Shown here piece by piece: positions 9,347 through 19,012 of a stretch of DNA of 64,000 nt; the stretch's first letter is position 1; each line of letters opens with the position of its first letter. The notes beneath the pieces were generated by a model. The model made no database searches and was not told the origin of the DNA. It saw only the letters and a list, made by a program, of their open reading frames with translations. Where the stretch lies: assembly GCA_044229975.1 (NCBI GenBank), contig JBGARZ010000003.1, forward strand, positions 480,001 to 544,000, written 5' to 3'. Made by a program: the position numbers and the translations under genes. This stretch comes from Polyangiales bacterium. Its GTDB lineage: Bacteria > Myxococcota_A > Polyangia > Polyangiales > Ga0077539.

Positions 9347-9474
9347 GGCGCGGGTGCTCCTACGGGCTGACGTGCTCTTGGCGGGATTTGGAACCCGCGG
9401 ATTCGGCATCGCCGGGGGTCGCGTTGTCAAGCGCGGCGCCGCGGCGGCGGCGGTGGTACACACCGGGGCCTGCG

Positions 9475-10311
9475 ATGCCTACGGTGCGATTGATCGTCCG
9501 CTATGACGGAACCGAGTTCTCCGGCTGGCAGCGCCAGCGGGGCGTCCCGACGGTGCAGGAGGCGATCGAGATCGCCGCGAGCGCCATGGCCTGCGAGCGG
9601 GTCACCGTCCGAGGCGCCGGGCGCACCGACGCCGGGGTGCATGCCCACGGTCAGCTCGCGGCGTTCCAGACGCTGGCGACCATCCCCGAATATGGCTGGC
9701 GCCTCGGGCTGACGGGTCGCCTCCCGCGCACCATCGCCATCACCGACGCGCGCTACGTGCAGGACGACTTCGACCCGCGGCGCGCCTCGGCGGGCAAGCG
9801 CTACCGCTACCTCATCCTGTCGTCGCCCGACCGCGACCCGCTCCTGCGCGACCGCGCCTGGCACCTCTGGGGCGACCTCGACGTCGAGCTCATGCGCCGC
9901 GAGGCCGAGGCCCTGGTGGGCACCCACGACTTCGCCGCCTTCCGCGCCGCCGACTGCGAGCGCCTCACCACCACGCGCACGCTCTTCCGCATCGACGTTC
10001 GCCCTGGCTGGCAGGGCCGAGACGACCTCATCGCCGTCGAGGTCGAAGGCACCGCCTTCCTCAAGAACATGGTGCGCGTCATCGTCGGCACCCTGGTCGA
10101 CGTGGGCCGCGGACGGCTGCCGCCAGGCACCACCGCCGCGCGCCTCCTCGACCTCGATCGCACCCGCTCGGGCATGACCGCGCCGGCACAGGGTCTGTAC
10201 CTCGACGAGGTGTTCATCAAGGACGAGTGGCGCGTCGACAACGACCCGCTGCGCCCGTGTCCGCCGTACGCCGCCCAGCACTTCCCCGCCGCGCCGGGAG
10301 AGCCGTCGTGA
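9475..10311 (+). CDS. truA: tRNA pseudouridine(38-40) synthase
   Basis: YDGTEFSGWQRQ, GAGRTDAGVHA, GTHDFAAF, FLKNMVR, TAPAQGLYL. Confidence 0.96.
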   Translation: MPTVRLIVRYDGTEFSGWQRQRGVPTVQEAIEIAASAMACERVTVRGAGRTDAGVHAHGQLAAFQTLATIPEYGWRLGLTGRLPRTIAITDARYVQDDFDPRRASAGKRYRYLILSSPDRDPLLRDRAWHLWGDLDVELMRREAEALVGTHDFAAFRAADCERLTTTRTLFRIDVRPGWQGRDDLIAVEVEGTAFLKNMVRVIVGTLVDVGRGRLPPGTTAARLLDLDRTRSGMTAPAQGLYLDEVFIKDEWRVDNDPLRPCPPYAAQHFPAAPGEPS

Positions 10312-11006
10312 CAGCGCCCCACCGCCTCGCCCTCTCGCTCGCCTTCGCCGTCTGTGCCTTCGCGACGACGGCCTCGGCCGACCCGCCGCCCAAGGTCTGC
10401 ATCGCCGTCGCGGGCGACCCCGACGAGGCCGTGCGCACCCTCGCGCGCGAGACCGAAGCGCTGCTCTCGGCCTCCACCACCTGGCGCGTGGTCGCTGACG
10501 CCAGCACCCGCGACGCCCTCCGCGGCGAGTCCGGCGCACCCGCCGAGCAGGCCGACCGCGCCGCCGCACGCCGCACCCTCCGCTCCGCCGACGCCGACGC
10601 CGCGACCCTCGACTCGGTGGGCGATGCGCTCGGCTGCGCGTGGTTCATCACCCTCGCGGCTCGCTCGGCGGGCATCGCGCCGCGCGTCTACGACCTCGGC
10701 CGACACGCCTTCGTCGCAACACCCGCGGCCGGATCATTTGACGCTCCCGCCGTGGTGCACCTGTTGGACGGCACCGTGACCTCCCAGACCGCCTCGACCC
10801 CCTCCCCCGCCGCGGCCGCCGCGACGCCCGCCCCGGCGCGGCCCGCCGTGACCGCCCCTAGCCGCAGTGTCCCCCTCTTCTCGCGCGTCTGGCCCTGGGT
10901 CGTTGTCGGCGCCCTCGTGGCCGGCGCCGTCGTCGCCGCCGTCGTCCTCCAGGACGAAGGAACGCCCCGCACCACCATCTCGGTCTTCCACCGGGGCGCC
11001 CAATGA
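10308..11006 (+). CDS. Secreted/membrane-anchored hypothetical protein
   Basis: GTG overlaps truA stop; signal peptide; C-terminal WPWVVVGA TM. Confidence 0.7.
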   Translation: MTAPHRLALSLAFAVCAFATTASADPPPKVCIAVAGDPDEAVRTLARETEALLSASTTWRVVADASTRDALRGESGAPAEQADRAAARRTLRSADADAATLDSVGDALGCAWFITLAARSAGIAPRVYDLGRHAFVATPAAGSFDAPAVVHLLDGTVTSQTASTPSPAAAAATPAPARPAVTAPSRSVPLFSRVWPWVVVGALVAGAVVAAVVLQDEGTPRTTISVFHRGAQ

Positions 11007-12037
11007 TCCGCGTCCGCGCGTGGCTCGTGGCCCTCGCGTTGACGCTCTGGACCGCCCTCTCCCTCGCCCAGCCCGCTGCCGCGCACGTCCACGCCGACGA
11101 CGCCCTCGCGCGCCGCGACATCGCCCTCTCCATCCCTTCGGTGCCCGCGAGCTACGTCACCGAGCAGCTCGGGCCGCTCGCGGTGAGCTACCCCCGCGCG
11201 ATGCGCCCGGTGTTCGAGAGTGCGCTCGCCCGCGCCGCGCAAGACGCCCGCGCTGTCGGCGTCCCGGTGGGCCTCCCGGAGCTCCCTCGGCTCTCGGTGC
11301 GGCTCGTGCCCGACTTCGACGCGATGCGCGCGCTGAGTCCGCTGGAGATGCCTCCGCCCGCGTACGCCTCCGGGGTCGCGTACCCGACCATCGGGCTCAC
11401 GCTGGTGTCGGCGCGGGCGCCCGCGACGGGCGAGGCCACGCGCGTCGCCCAGGTGCTGCGCCACGAGCTCTCGCACCTCGTGTGGGGTGCGGCGACCAAT
11501 CAGGCCGAGGGGCCGCGGTGGTTCACCGAAGGGCTCGCGGTGGAGCAGTCCGGGGAGCAGAGCTTCGAGCGCTTCCAGTCGATGGCGCAGGCCAGCTACA
11601 CACGAGGATTGGTCCCCTGGTCACAGCTCGACGGGCGCTTCGCCGGGAGCAACGCGCAGGTCGAGATGGCCTACGCGCAGGGCGCCGACATCGTCGGGTG
11701 GCTGCTGCGTCGCGACGGCCCCGGGCGCTTCGCCGTGCTCTCCGAGCGACTGCGGCAGGGAGCTCCGTTCCCCGAGGCGATGCGCGTGGCCTTTGGTCGC
11801 ACGCTGACGGGCCTCGAAGAGGAGTGGCGCGACGACGTCCGTAGCCGCTTTGCGCTGGCGCCGCTCTGGGCTGGCTCGGGCCTGGTGACGGTGGTGTTCC
11901 TGGTGATGATGGGGGCCGCGGCGCTGCGTCGCTGGCGCCGGTCGTCGAAGACCCGCGCGCGCTGGGCAGCCGAGGAGCGGGCGCGCCGACAGCCACCGCG
12001 CTGGGTGGTGATCACGCCGGGTCTACGAGGGGATTGA
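11003..12037 (+). CDS. Peptidase MA-like zinc metalloprotease, membrane anchored
   Basis: RHELSH followed by WFTEGLA (gluzincin pattern); signal peptide; C-terminal TM. Confidence 0.85.
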   Translation: MIRVRAWLVALALTLWTALSLAQPAAAHVHADDALARRDIALSIPSVPASYVTEQLGPLAVSYPRAMRPVFESALARAAQDARAVGVPVGLPELPRLSVRLVPDFDAMRALSPLEMPPPAYASGVAYPTIGLTLVSARAPATGEATRVAQVLRHELSHLVWGAATNQAEGPRWFTEGLAVEQSGEQSFERFQSMAQASYTRGLVPWSQLDGRFAGSNAQVEMAYAQGADIVGWLLRRDGPGRFAVLSERLRQGAPFPEAMRVAFGRTLTGLEEEWRDDVRSRFALAPLWAGSGLVTVVFLVMMGAAALRRWRRSSKTRARWAAEERARRQPPRWVVITPGLRGD

Positions 12038-12084
12038 GCGGAGGGAAGGACCCGCAGCCCGAGAGGGCTGCGGAGGGCGGACAC

Positions 12085-13023
12085 TCACGGACCGATGCGC
12101 GGCGACGTCGGCAGGAAGATGCTGACGCCGAGGCTGACCATCTGGTTGAAGGCGAGCGAGCGGTCGTCGGAGTTGATGCGCGCGACACGCTGGCTCGCGT
12201 TGGTCGCGAAGTACGTCGACACGATGTCGGAGAAGCCCTCGCACGAGGCGTTGCCGGCGGCGCCGCAACGGTTCTCGGTGGAGTTCTCGTCGGTGCCCGC
12301 GCGGTTCCAGGAGAAGGGCGTGGCGCGGTACTCGAGGTTGACCGACACGAAGCGGTTGACGAAGAAGTTGAGGCCGAAGCCGAAGGTCGGAGCCACCGCG
12401 ACGCGGCTCTCGCGAGCCGTCTGGGAGCTGGCCCACGACGCGCGGAGCTGGTTGGCCTGCACCGAGTCGAGGCCCGCGGTCTGCGAGCGGAGGCCCGCGG
12501 TCGGCGTCTCGGCGCGCTCGGAGAGGCCCACGAACGCGACGCCCGCGACGAGGTAGAAGTCGACGTCGGCGACGAGGTTCTGGAAGAGCGCGAACTTCCC
12601 TCGCAACGGGATGAACGTCGCGTAGAGATCGATCATGTAGTTGCGCCGCCCGATCTGCTGCGGGAAGTTCGTGCGACTGGCGATGTTGGGCGTGCCGCCG
12701 GGAGCGCGCTCAGCGATCTGGGTGGTGAGCGAGGTGTCGAAGCCCGCCGCGCCCATGAAGCCCGCGCCCACGCCGATCCAGTCGGTGAAGTGGTACTGCG
12801 CGCGCAGACCGAAGAAGAGCTCCCGGGAGAACTCGTCTTGCAGCGTGATGCCGACGGTGGGGGTGAGGGCGAGGCGACCCTCGCGGTACCGCACCAGGCG
12901 AGCCACCGAGCGAGCCCCGGCGAGCGGGCCTCGGATCTGGATGTCCTGCGCGGCGGCGGTGCTCGTGACCAGCGTCGCCCCGGCGAGGACCAGCGTTCCA
13001 AACAAGCGCTTCATGGATGCCAT
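12085..13023 (-). CDS. Myxobacterial outer-membrane beta-barrel domain protein (GltA/GltB/GltH-like)
   Basis: Signal peptide; GRLALTPTVGITLQDEF, YHFTDWIG, PLRGKFALF, terminal LGVSIFLP. Confidence 0.8.
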   Translation of the reverse strand: MASMKRLFGTLVLAGATLVTSTAAAQDIQIRGPLAGARSVARLVRYREGRLALTPTVGITLQDEFSRELFFGLRAQYHFTDWIGVGAGFMGAAGFDTSLTTQIAERAPGGTPNIASRTNFPQQIGRRNYMIDLYATFIPLRGKFALFQNLVADVDFYLVAGVAFVGLSERAETPTAGLRSQTAGLDSVQANQLRASWASSQTARESRVAVAPTFGFGLNFFVNRFVSVNLEYRATPFSWNRAGTDENSTENRCGAAGNASCEGFSDIVSTYFATNASQRVARINSDDRSLAFNQMVSLGVSIFLPTSPRIGP

Positions 13024-13043
13024 CGTCATTCGCTCCGCAACGC

Positions 13044-14015
13044 TCACTTGGGCAGGTGGTACGTGACGCTGAACGGAAGGAACACCGTCAGCCCCACGGA
13101 GAGCATCACGTTGTCCGTGAGCGCGCTCTCGCTCGTCCAGTTGGCCGGATTACGCCGACACCGCGCGCACGTCGTCGTGAGCTGCCCGTTGGCACCCATG
13201 CCCGTCTCGGGGAGGTTGGTGCTCGTGTTCTCCAGCAGCTCTGGATAGATGAAGTTTCGCAGCTCGGTGGTGATGGCCACCGAGGGCGACACGAACACCC
13301 GGAACCCGATGCCCGCATCGAAGAGGATGCGGGTGTTCCAATCGAAGGACCGCACCTCCGGGTCGACCGCGGCGATGGGGCGCGTGCGCATGATGCCCAC
13401 GCCCGCCGTCAGGTACATGTCCCAGTGGAAGATGAAGCGGTTGAACATCGAGAACTTCCCGTACAAAGGCACGTACGAGAAGTTCACCGCCGCCGCGAGC
13501 TGGTACTCGTTGATGGGCACCACGAGCTCGGCCGAGCGACCCACGAAGTAGTTCACGTCCGAGGTGGTGTTGAGCCCCTGGAAGAACACCCCGGTGAGGC
13601 CCACCGCGAGCACGTTGGAGATCCAGTAGTTGAGCGACAGGCCGAAGCCCGTGTGCTGCACGTACGGATCGTTGAGCGAGAAGTTGGCCGAGGGGTTGAT
13701 CTCGAAGCGGTGGTTGCGAAGCGCGTAGATGCGCTGCACCGCGTAGATGTCCTCGACGAGGCGGTGTCGCTGCGCAGCGACCTCACCTCCCGGCACCGTC
13801 AACGACGGCAGCGGCGAATCACCCGAGCCGCTCGGCGTCGGCGTCGCGGGCTCCGTGGGTTGTGCGGCGGCCTCGTCCGCTCCGAACGTCATCGCTCCAT
13901 CGTCGCCGCCCGCGGGCGGTGTCGGTTGAGCGTTGCGAGGCTGCGCGAGCAGCTGCGACGGTGCGCCCAGAAGTGCTGCGGTGAGCAGCGCCCGGACGAT
14001 CTTTCCTCGACCCAT
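13044..14015 (-). CDS. Myxobacterial outer-membrane beta-barrel domain protein (GltA/GltB-like)
   Basis: AVQRIYALRNHRFEINPSANFSLNDPY, PLYGKFSMF, terminal VGLTVFLP; start 14015 or 14030. Confidence 0.8.
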   Translation of the reverse strand: MGRGKIVRALLTAALLGAPSQLLAQPRNAQPTPPAGGDDGAMTFGADEAAAQPTEPATPTPSGSGDSPLPSLTVPGGEVAAQRHRLVEDIYAVQRIYALRNHRFEINPSANFSLNDPYVQHTGFGLSLNYWISNVLAVGLTGVFFQGLNTTSDVNYFVGRSAELVVPINEYQLAAAVNFSYVPLYGKFSMFNRFIFHWDMYLTAGVGIMRTRPIAAVDPEVRSFDWNTRILFDAGIGFRVFVSPSVAITTELRNFIYPELLENTSTNLPETGMGANGQLTTTCARCRRNPANWTSESALTDNVMLSVGLTVFLPFSVTYHLPK

Positions 14016-14061
14016 CGTCACCCCTGTCATGGTGCCTGACCAGTGCCCTTGCCTGCGACTC

Positions 14062-14074
14062 TAAGTGGTTGAAA
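14062..14074 (-). promoter_or_regulatory. IHF-like binding site upstream of the beta-barrel pair
   Basis: Minus strand TTTCAACCACTTA matches WATCAANNNNTTR with one mismatch, in an AT-richer intergenic patch. Confidence 0.4.
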
Positions 14075-14158
14075 TCGCAGAGAATTCCGCCAACCTCGGA
14101 CCGACTATATCACGCGCTCTTTCCGCGTCGCAACAGCATTGTAGGGGCTTGTAAGCCC

Positions 14159-15550
14159 TCACGCGTCGGCGCCCTCTCCGCGTGCGAAGAGCGCCTCGAC
14201 GAACTCGCCTGCGTCGAAGTCGCGCAGGTCGTCGGCCTTCTCGCCGACGCCGATGAATCGCACCGGGAGCTTGAACTCATCGGCCACCGCGAGGATGACC
14301 CCGCCCTTGGCCGTGCCATCGAGCTTGGTCAGCACCACGCCGGTGACGTCGAGCGCCTCGCGAAACTCCTTGGCCTGGCTCAGCGCGTTTTGCCCGGTGA
14401 CGGCGTCGAGCACGAGCAGGATCTCGTGCGGCGCACCCGGACACGCCTTGCCCGCGGCGTCGCGCGTCTTGCGCAGCTCTTCCATCAACGGCGCCTTGTT
14501 CTGGAGGCGGCCGGCGGTGTCGGCGATGACCACGTCGAAGCCCTCGGCCACCGCGTGCGCCACGGCCTCGTACACCACGGCGCTCGGCTTCGCGCCTTCC
14601 TTCGTCGCCTTGTGCACGGTGACCCCGATGCGCGTGCCCCACATCTCGAGCTGCTGCACCGCCGCCGCGCGGAAGGTGTCCGCCGCCGCCAGCAGCACCT
14701 TCTGCCCCGCGGCCTTGTAGCGACCCGCGAGCTTCGCCGTCGTGGTCGTCTTGCCCGCGCCGTTGACGCCCACCATCAAGATGACCAGCGGCGACTGCGG
14801 GGCCGTGGACCCGAACGCCGGGGCCGACACGTCGAGGATGCGACGCGAGTCGTCGCGCAGCGCGTCCCACACCTTGTCGGCGTCGGCGAGCTCGCTGCGG
14901 TCGAGGCGCTCGCGCAGGCCGTCGACAAAGCGCTTCGTGGTCGACGTACCCACGTCACCCGTGAGGAGCGTCTCCTCGATCTGTTCGAGCAGCGCGGGGT
15001 CGATCTCCTTCTTGCCGCTGAACACGGCGAAGAGGCGCTGCATGAAGCCCCCGCGCGTCTGCGCGAGGCCGCGCTTCACGGCGGCGACGTCCTTCGGAGA
15101 CGAGAGCGGCGCCGGGGCATTGCGTGCGGCCGGGACCACCACCGCGACTTCGGCGGGCACGGACTTCTCGACGGCGGGCGCGGTCTCCGCGGCGGTGGCC
15201 GTGGTGGGCGCAGGCTCCGCCACCGGAGCGACGGCGGGCTCGACCTTCGGCTCGACGACCTTCTCGACGGGCGCCTCGATCTTCGCTGCGACGGGCTCCT
15301 TGGCGACCGCAGGCTCCTTCGCTGCGACGGGCTCCTTGGCGACCGCGGGCTCCTTCGCCGCGACGGGCTCCTTGGTGACCGCGGGCTCCTTCGCCACCAC
15401 GGGCTTCGCGGGCTTTTCGTCCTTCGACGGGAGCCGCTCCGGGACCTTGTCTTCAGCGGCCGGGAGCTGCGGTGCCTTGCGCGTCAGCAGGTACGCTGCG
15501 ACCCCCGCGATGACGACCACCAGCAGTAGAACGATGACCCAAGAATCCAT
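14159..15550 (-). CDS. ftsY: Signal recognition particle receptor FtsY
   Basis: GVNGAGKTTT, DTFRAAA, DTAGRLQ, TKLDGTAKGG, GVGEKADDL; N-terminal TM and low-complexity linker. Confidence 0.96.
   Translation of the reverse strand: MDSWVIVLLLVVVIAGVAAYLLTRKAPQLPAAEDKVPERLPSKDEKPAKPVVAKEPAVTKEPVAAKEPAVAKEPVAAKEPAVAKEPVAAKIEAPVEKVVEPKVEPAVAPVAEPAPTTATAAETAPAVEKSVPAEVAVVVPAARNAPAPLSSPKDVAAVKRGLAQTRGGFMQRLFAVFSGKKEIDPALLEQIEETLLTGDVGTSTTKRFVDGLRERLDRSELADADKVWDALRDDSRRILDVSAPAFGSTAPQSPLVILMVGVNGAGKTTTTAKLAGRYKAAGQKVLLAAADTFRAAAVQQLEMWGTRIGVTVHKATKEGAKPSAVVYEAVAHAVAEGFDVVIADTAGRLQNKAPLMEELRKTRDAAGKACPGAPHEILLVLDAVTGQNALSQAKEFREALDVTGVVLTKLDGTAKGGVILAVADEFKLPVRFIGVGEKADDLRDFDAGEFVEALFARGEGADA
15284..15391 (-). 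repeat. In-frame 18-bp tandem repeat x6 (KEPAVA/KEPVAA) in the ftsY linker
   Basis: KEPAVT KEPVAA KEPAVA KEPVAA KEPAVA KEPVAA; alternating units give a 36-bp higher-order period. Confidence 0.9.
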
Positions 15551-15620
15551 CCCGAACCTCGGCCTCCTCGTGCTGCGACGCACGCGCCCCTTTGTTCGGG
15601 GAGCCGCACCATAGAGCCCA

Positions 15621-17276
15621 TCAATTCACGGCGTCAACGGCGTCGGAGGCTTCATCGTTCGCCGCGTTGCTCGCGGTGAGAGCGCGCTCCACAGCCCGCA
15701 CCACATCCTCATCGGGCGCGGCGGGACCGTAGGCGCCGTCTTCGAGCAGCCCGACCCACGGCGCCCCCGTGCCCCCCGGCAGCGCCGACCGCGCGGCCTC
15801 GCGGGGCGTCGGCATCGCCGCCCCATCCGCGCGAGCGGACGCCAGCGATGGTCGCGCGCGATCGAAGAGGGCCTCGCGCCATCCCATCAAGCCGACGCGC
15901 ACCCGGTGTCGACCCGGGCCGAGCCGCGACAGCTCGACCCGCCGGGGCTCGTAGCCCGCGAGCGCGACCACCACGAAGGCGGACTTCCCCCGCCCCACCG
16001 GAACACTCACCGACGACGGGTTGGCGGGCGCGTCCGAGGCATCGGTCAGGCGCCATGTCGCCGCGGGAAGCGAAGCCCCGGTCGATCGATCGAAGGGCTC
16101 GATCATCACCTCGACAGCGCCGTCGGGCGCAGCGCCCGTTCGCACTACGACACCTTCGGGCGCGGCCTCGATCGGGGCGCTGACCGCGGCGGCGGGCGTC
16201 GCGCGACGACGCAGCGCAGCCGCAACACCGATGAGCCCGAGGACGAGCCACGGGACGATCGTCCAGGCCCAATGGATCGGAGCAGCGGGTGACTCGCCGA
16301 TCACGAAGGCCGTGCTCTCCGAAGCGCCGAACCACGGATCCGTCGGGTCGAAGCGCACCCGCACGGCGGACCCCTGGAGGTTCGTTCGATCGAGGTCGAC
16401 CTCGAAGACGAACTCACCCGCGGCGTCGGTCTGCCCCGCGACGATGGTGTCGTCGCCCCGCATCAGCCGCACCGGCGCGCGGGCCAACGGCTCGTTGGTC
16501 GCCGAGCGGAGCTGTCCACGGACGCGCGCGCGCAGGTCGTCGGGCTCGGACACCAACGCAGCGGTGAGCACAGTGTCGACCCGGACCACCACGCGACGAC
16601 CGGTTCCTTCGACGTAGCGCTGCGGGCGCACCTCGACGCGCGGGCGCAGCGTATAGGCCCCCGCGCTGGGAAACGCGTCGGGGCGCACCACGAAGGACAC
16701 CTGCCCCGAGGCGTCACAGACCCCGGCCGCGATCACGCGCGCGCTGCGCGGCTCGACCACCGTCAGCGCGACCGGGAGGCCGTCGGCGTTGAGGCCGACG
16801 ACGTGGCCCGTGTTGACGCGGGCGATGAAGATCGGAGGCGCGGCGCCGAGAGCGATGGGCGTCGCGGGCGCGAGGAGCTCCACCGTGACGTACGGCGCGT
16901 CGAGCTCCACCTCGGCGTGGGCGTGCGCGGAGGCGAGTCGATCGGTGCCGGCGAAGTTGGCGTCGAGGGTGACCACACGCGTCTGCGCGTCGAGCGGGGC
17001 CTCGATGGCCGCGCTGCCATCCGCTTCGGTGAGCACGTCGTTGGTGACGGCCAGGCCCGATGGGCTCGCGACGCTGACGGACACGCGGCTCCGGCCGACG
17101 CCGATGCCCTGGTCGTCACGGAGCCGCACGGTGAGCCTGATGTGCTGGCGGTCGGGCGAGAGCTCGGGGTCGAGCACGAGCTCCGTCGCGGTGCTCACCC
17201 GGATGGGGAACGCCGTCGCAGGGAGACCAGCGGAGAGGATCACGGCGCCACCGAAGAGCGCCCACAGCACGCGCAC
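15621..17276 (-). CDS. Membrane-anchored protein with Ig-like/carboxypeptidase-regulatory-like domains
   Basis: Signal peptide, beta-rich repeats (TEADG, TDAAGEF), internal TM; start uncertain. Confidence 0.65.
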   Translation of the reverse strand: MRVLWALFGGAVILSAGLPATAFPIRVSTATELVLDPELSPDRQHIRLTVRLRDDQGIGVGRSRVSVSVASPSGLAVTNDVLTEADGSAAIEAPLDAQTRVVTLDANFAGTDRLASAHAHAEVELDAPYVTVELLAPATPIALGAAPPIFIARVNTGHVVGLNADGLPVALTVVEPRSARVIAAGVCDASGQVSFVVRPDAFPSAGAYTLRPRVEVRPQRYVEGTGRRVVVRVDTVLTAALVSEPDDLRARVRGQLRSATNEPLARAPVRLMRGDDTIVAGQTDAAGEFVFEVDLDRTNLQGSAVRVRFDPTDPWFGASESTAFVIGESPAAPIHWAWTIVPWLVLGLIGVAAALRRRATPAAAVSAPIEAAPEGVVVRTGAAPDGAVEVMIEPFDRSTGASLPAATWRLTDASDAPANPSSVSVPVGRGKSAFVVVALAGYEPRRVELSRLGPGRHRVRVGLMGWREALFDRARPSLASARADGAAMPTPREAARSALPGGTGAPWVGLLEDGAYGPAAPDEDVVRAVERALTASNAANDEASDAVDAVN

Positions 17277-17383
17277 CGCGACGCAGGGTGGACCGACACC
17301 GACCGCGCTGGCAAGGCCGCACATCACGCTCCGTGCGCGCCGGGCGAGCGGGTACGATGGCGTCATCGGAGCCACTGATCGCC

Positions 17384-18229
17384 ATGGAACCCACCGCCGC
17401 CCCGAAGCCCCCGCCCCGCTCCATCGCCCCCGGCGCCAAGCCCCGTCGACGGCTGCGAAACTACCTGTTGGAGCCGCGGTTCCAGCTACGGTACGCGGGC
17501 CTCCTCGCGGGCGTCGCGCTGTTGATCTTCGGTGCGCTTGGAGCGGTCATCATCCGCAGCGGGCGCGTCGCGGCGGAGGTGTCCAACGGAGCCGTCGACA
17601 TCGCCGGCGTGGCCGCCGACCAGGCCGAGCGGGCGCTGCGGGAGAGCCGGGCGAGCGCACAGCTGCTCCAGCTCCAGCAGCTCACCAACAGCGGCGGCGA
17701 TCCGGCCGTGGCCCGCGCGATGGAGGCCCAGCTCGCGCTCGACGAGGCGAGCGGCCAGCGGGCGCTGCACGCCGTTCAGCAGCAGCGGGAGCAGGCGCGC
17801 AGGCAGCGCGTGGAGATCGAGCGCATCCGGCGGCGCACCGTGGGCTTCGTGCTGGGCGCGGGGCTCATCCTCGGCCTGGCGCTCTTCGCCGTGGGCATCG
17901 TGCTGTCGCACCGGGTGGTGGGCCCCTCGTACCGGCTGAAGCAGCTCTTCTGGAAGGTCAGCCGCGGCGACCTCGCCATCACCGAGAAGCTGCGCGACGG
18001 CGACGAGCTGGTGGACCTCTTCGAGGCCTTCACGTCGATGGTGGCGGCGCTGCGGGCGCAGCAGGCCCGCGACCTCACGGCCCTCGACGGCGCGCTGCGG
18101 GTGCTCGCGAAGGATCACCCCGACGACGCGGGCGTGAAGGCGCTGCGCGAGGCGATGGAGGGGATGCGTCAGCGCCGCGGGGCGGCGGACGACACGGCCC
18201 GGTTCAAGCCCGTCGCCCCGGACCCTTGA
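17384..18229 (+). CDS. HAMP-domain membrane protein lacking an output domain
   Basis: RRLRNYLLEPRFQLRY, two TMs, SHRVVGPSYRL...LRDGDELVDLFEAFTSMV HAMP. Confidence 0.8.
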   Translation: MEPTAAPKPPPRSIAPGAKPRRRLRNYLLEPRFQLRYAGLLAGVALLIFGALGAVIIRSGRVAAEVSNGAVDIAGVAADQAERALRESRASAQLLQLQQLTNSGGDPAVARAMEAQLALDEASGQRALHAVQQQREQARRQRVEIERIRRRTVGFVLGAGLILGLALFAVGIVLSHRVVGPSYRLKQLFWKVSRGDLAITEKLRDGDELVDLFEAFTSMVAALRAQQARDLTALDGALRVLAKDHPDDAGVKALREAMEGMRQRRGAADDTARFKPVAPDP

Positions 18230-18956
18230 GGGCCCCGGCGGCGTCGAGCGAGTACGGCCCGGTGGGGATGCGAACGATCGCAGCGGCGACCTTCTCGCGC
18301 AGATCGTCCGGGCAGGGCCACGCCTTCTCGGTGAGCCCCTCGGCGAGGTTGGTGCGGATGCGCATCGAGTCGTCGCGGACGAGCAGCGCGAACATGGGCG
18401 CCGCGCTCTTCGGGTCGTCCTGCGCCAGCAGCGTGCGCAGGGCGTGGAAGCGGGTGTCTTCGCTCACGTCGTCGAGGAAGGGCGCCACCGCGTCGGCCAC
18501 GCGCGGATCGGGGCAGTCTTCGAGCGCGATGATGGTCTGGTTCTTCCGCTCGGCGTTTTTCTGATACGTGGTCTCCTCGCCGGAGAGCACGTCGATGAGC
18601 TCGCCCACGAAGGCCTCGGTGGGGAGCAGCGCGCGCAGCATCTTCAAGGGCCAGTTGACCGCCTGGGACTTCCGCAGAAAGTCCTTCACCGGCTCGACCG
18701 CCGTCTCCTTCGCCTCGGAGATGTGCTCGATGATGAACTGCTTCTCCTCGCGGTCGGTGATGGTGGGGTCGACCACGAAGTTGAAGCGCGGGAGCAGCGC
18801 CCTCCACGCCTCATCCGTACCCACCTTGCAGAGGTACTCGATGGAGGCGAAGCGGTCGGGGCTCATGGCCCGCTTGTCGAGCACCCGCTCGGCGTGCTTC
18901 TGCAGAGAATCAGGCCCGCTGGAGCCTCGCCCACGAAGGAAATCGAAGAGTCCCAT
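18204..18956 (-). CDS. HEAT-repeat protein
   Basis: MGLFDF N-terminus; HEAT-like helices (FLDDVSEDTRFHALRTL). Confidence 0.8.
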   Translation of the reverse strand: MGLFDFLRGRGSSGPDSLQKHAERVLDKRAMSPDRFASIEYLCKVGTDEAWRALLPRFNFVVDPTITDREEKQFIIEHISEAKETAVEPVKDFLRKSQAVNWPLKMLRALLPTEAFVGELIDVLSGEETTYQKNAERKNQTIIALEDCPDPRVADAVAPFLDDVSEDTRFHALRTLLAQDDPKSAAPMFALLVRDDSMRIRTNLAEGLTEKAWPCPDDLREKVAAAIVRIPTGPYSLDAAGALKGPGRRA

Positions 18957-19012
18957 GACGGCGCGGACCTATACTCCAGACCCGCGCGCCACGCACGTCT
19001 TCGCGCGAACGA

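Noticed and set aside
15551..15620. Possible SRP RNA near ftsY
   Set aside because: No SRP domain IV motif seen and the gap is too short.
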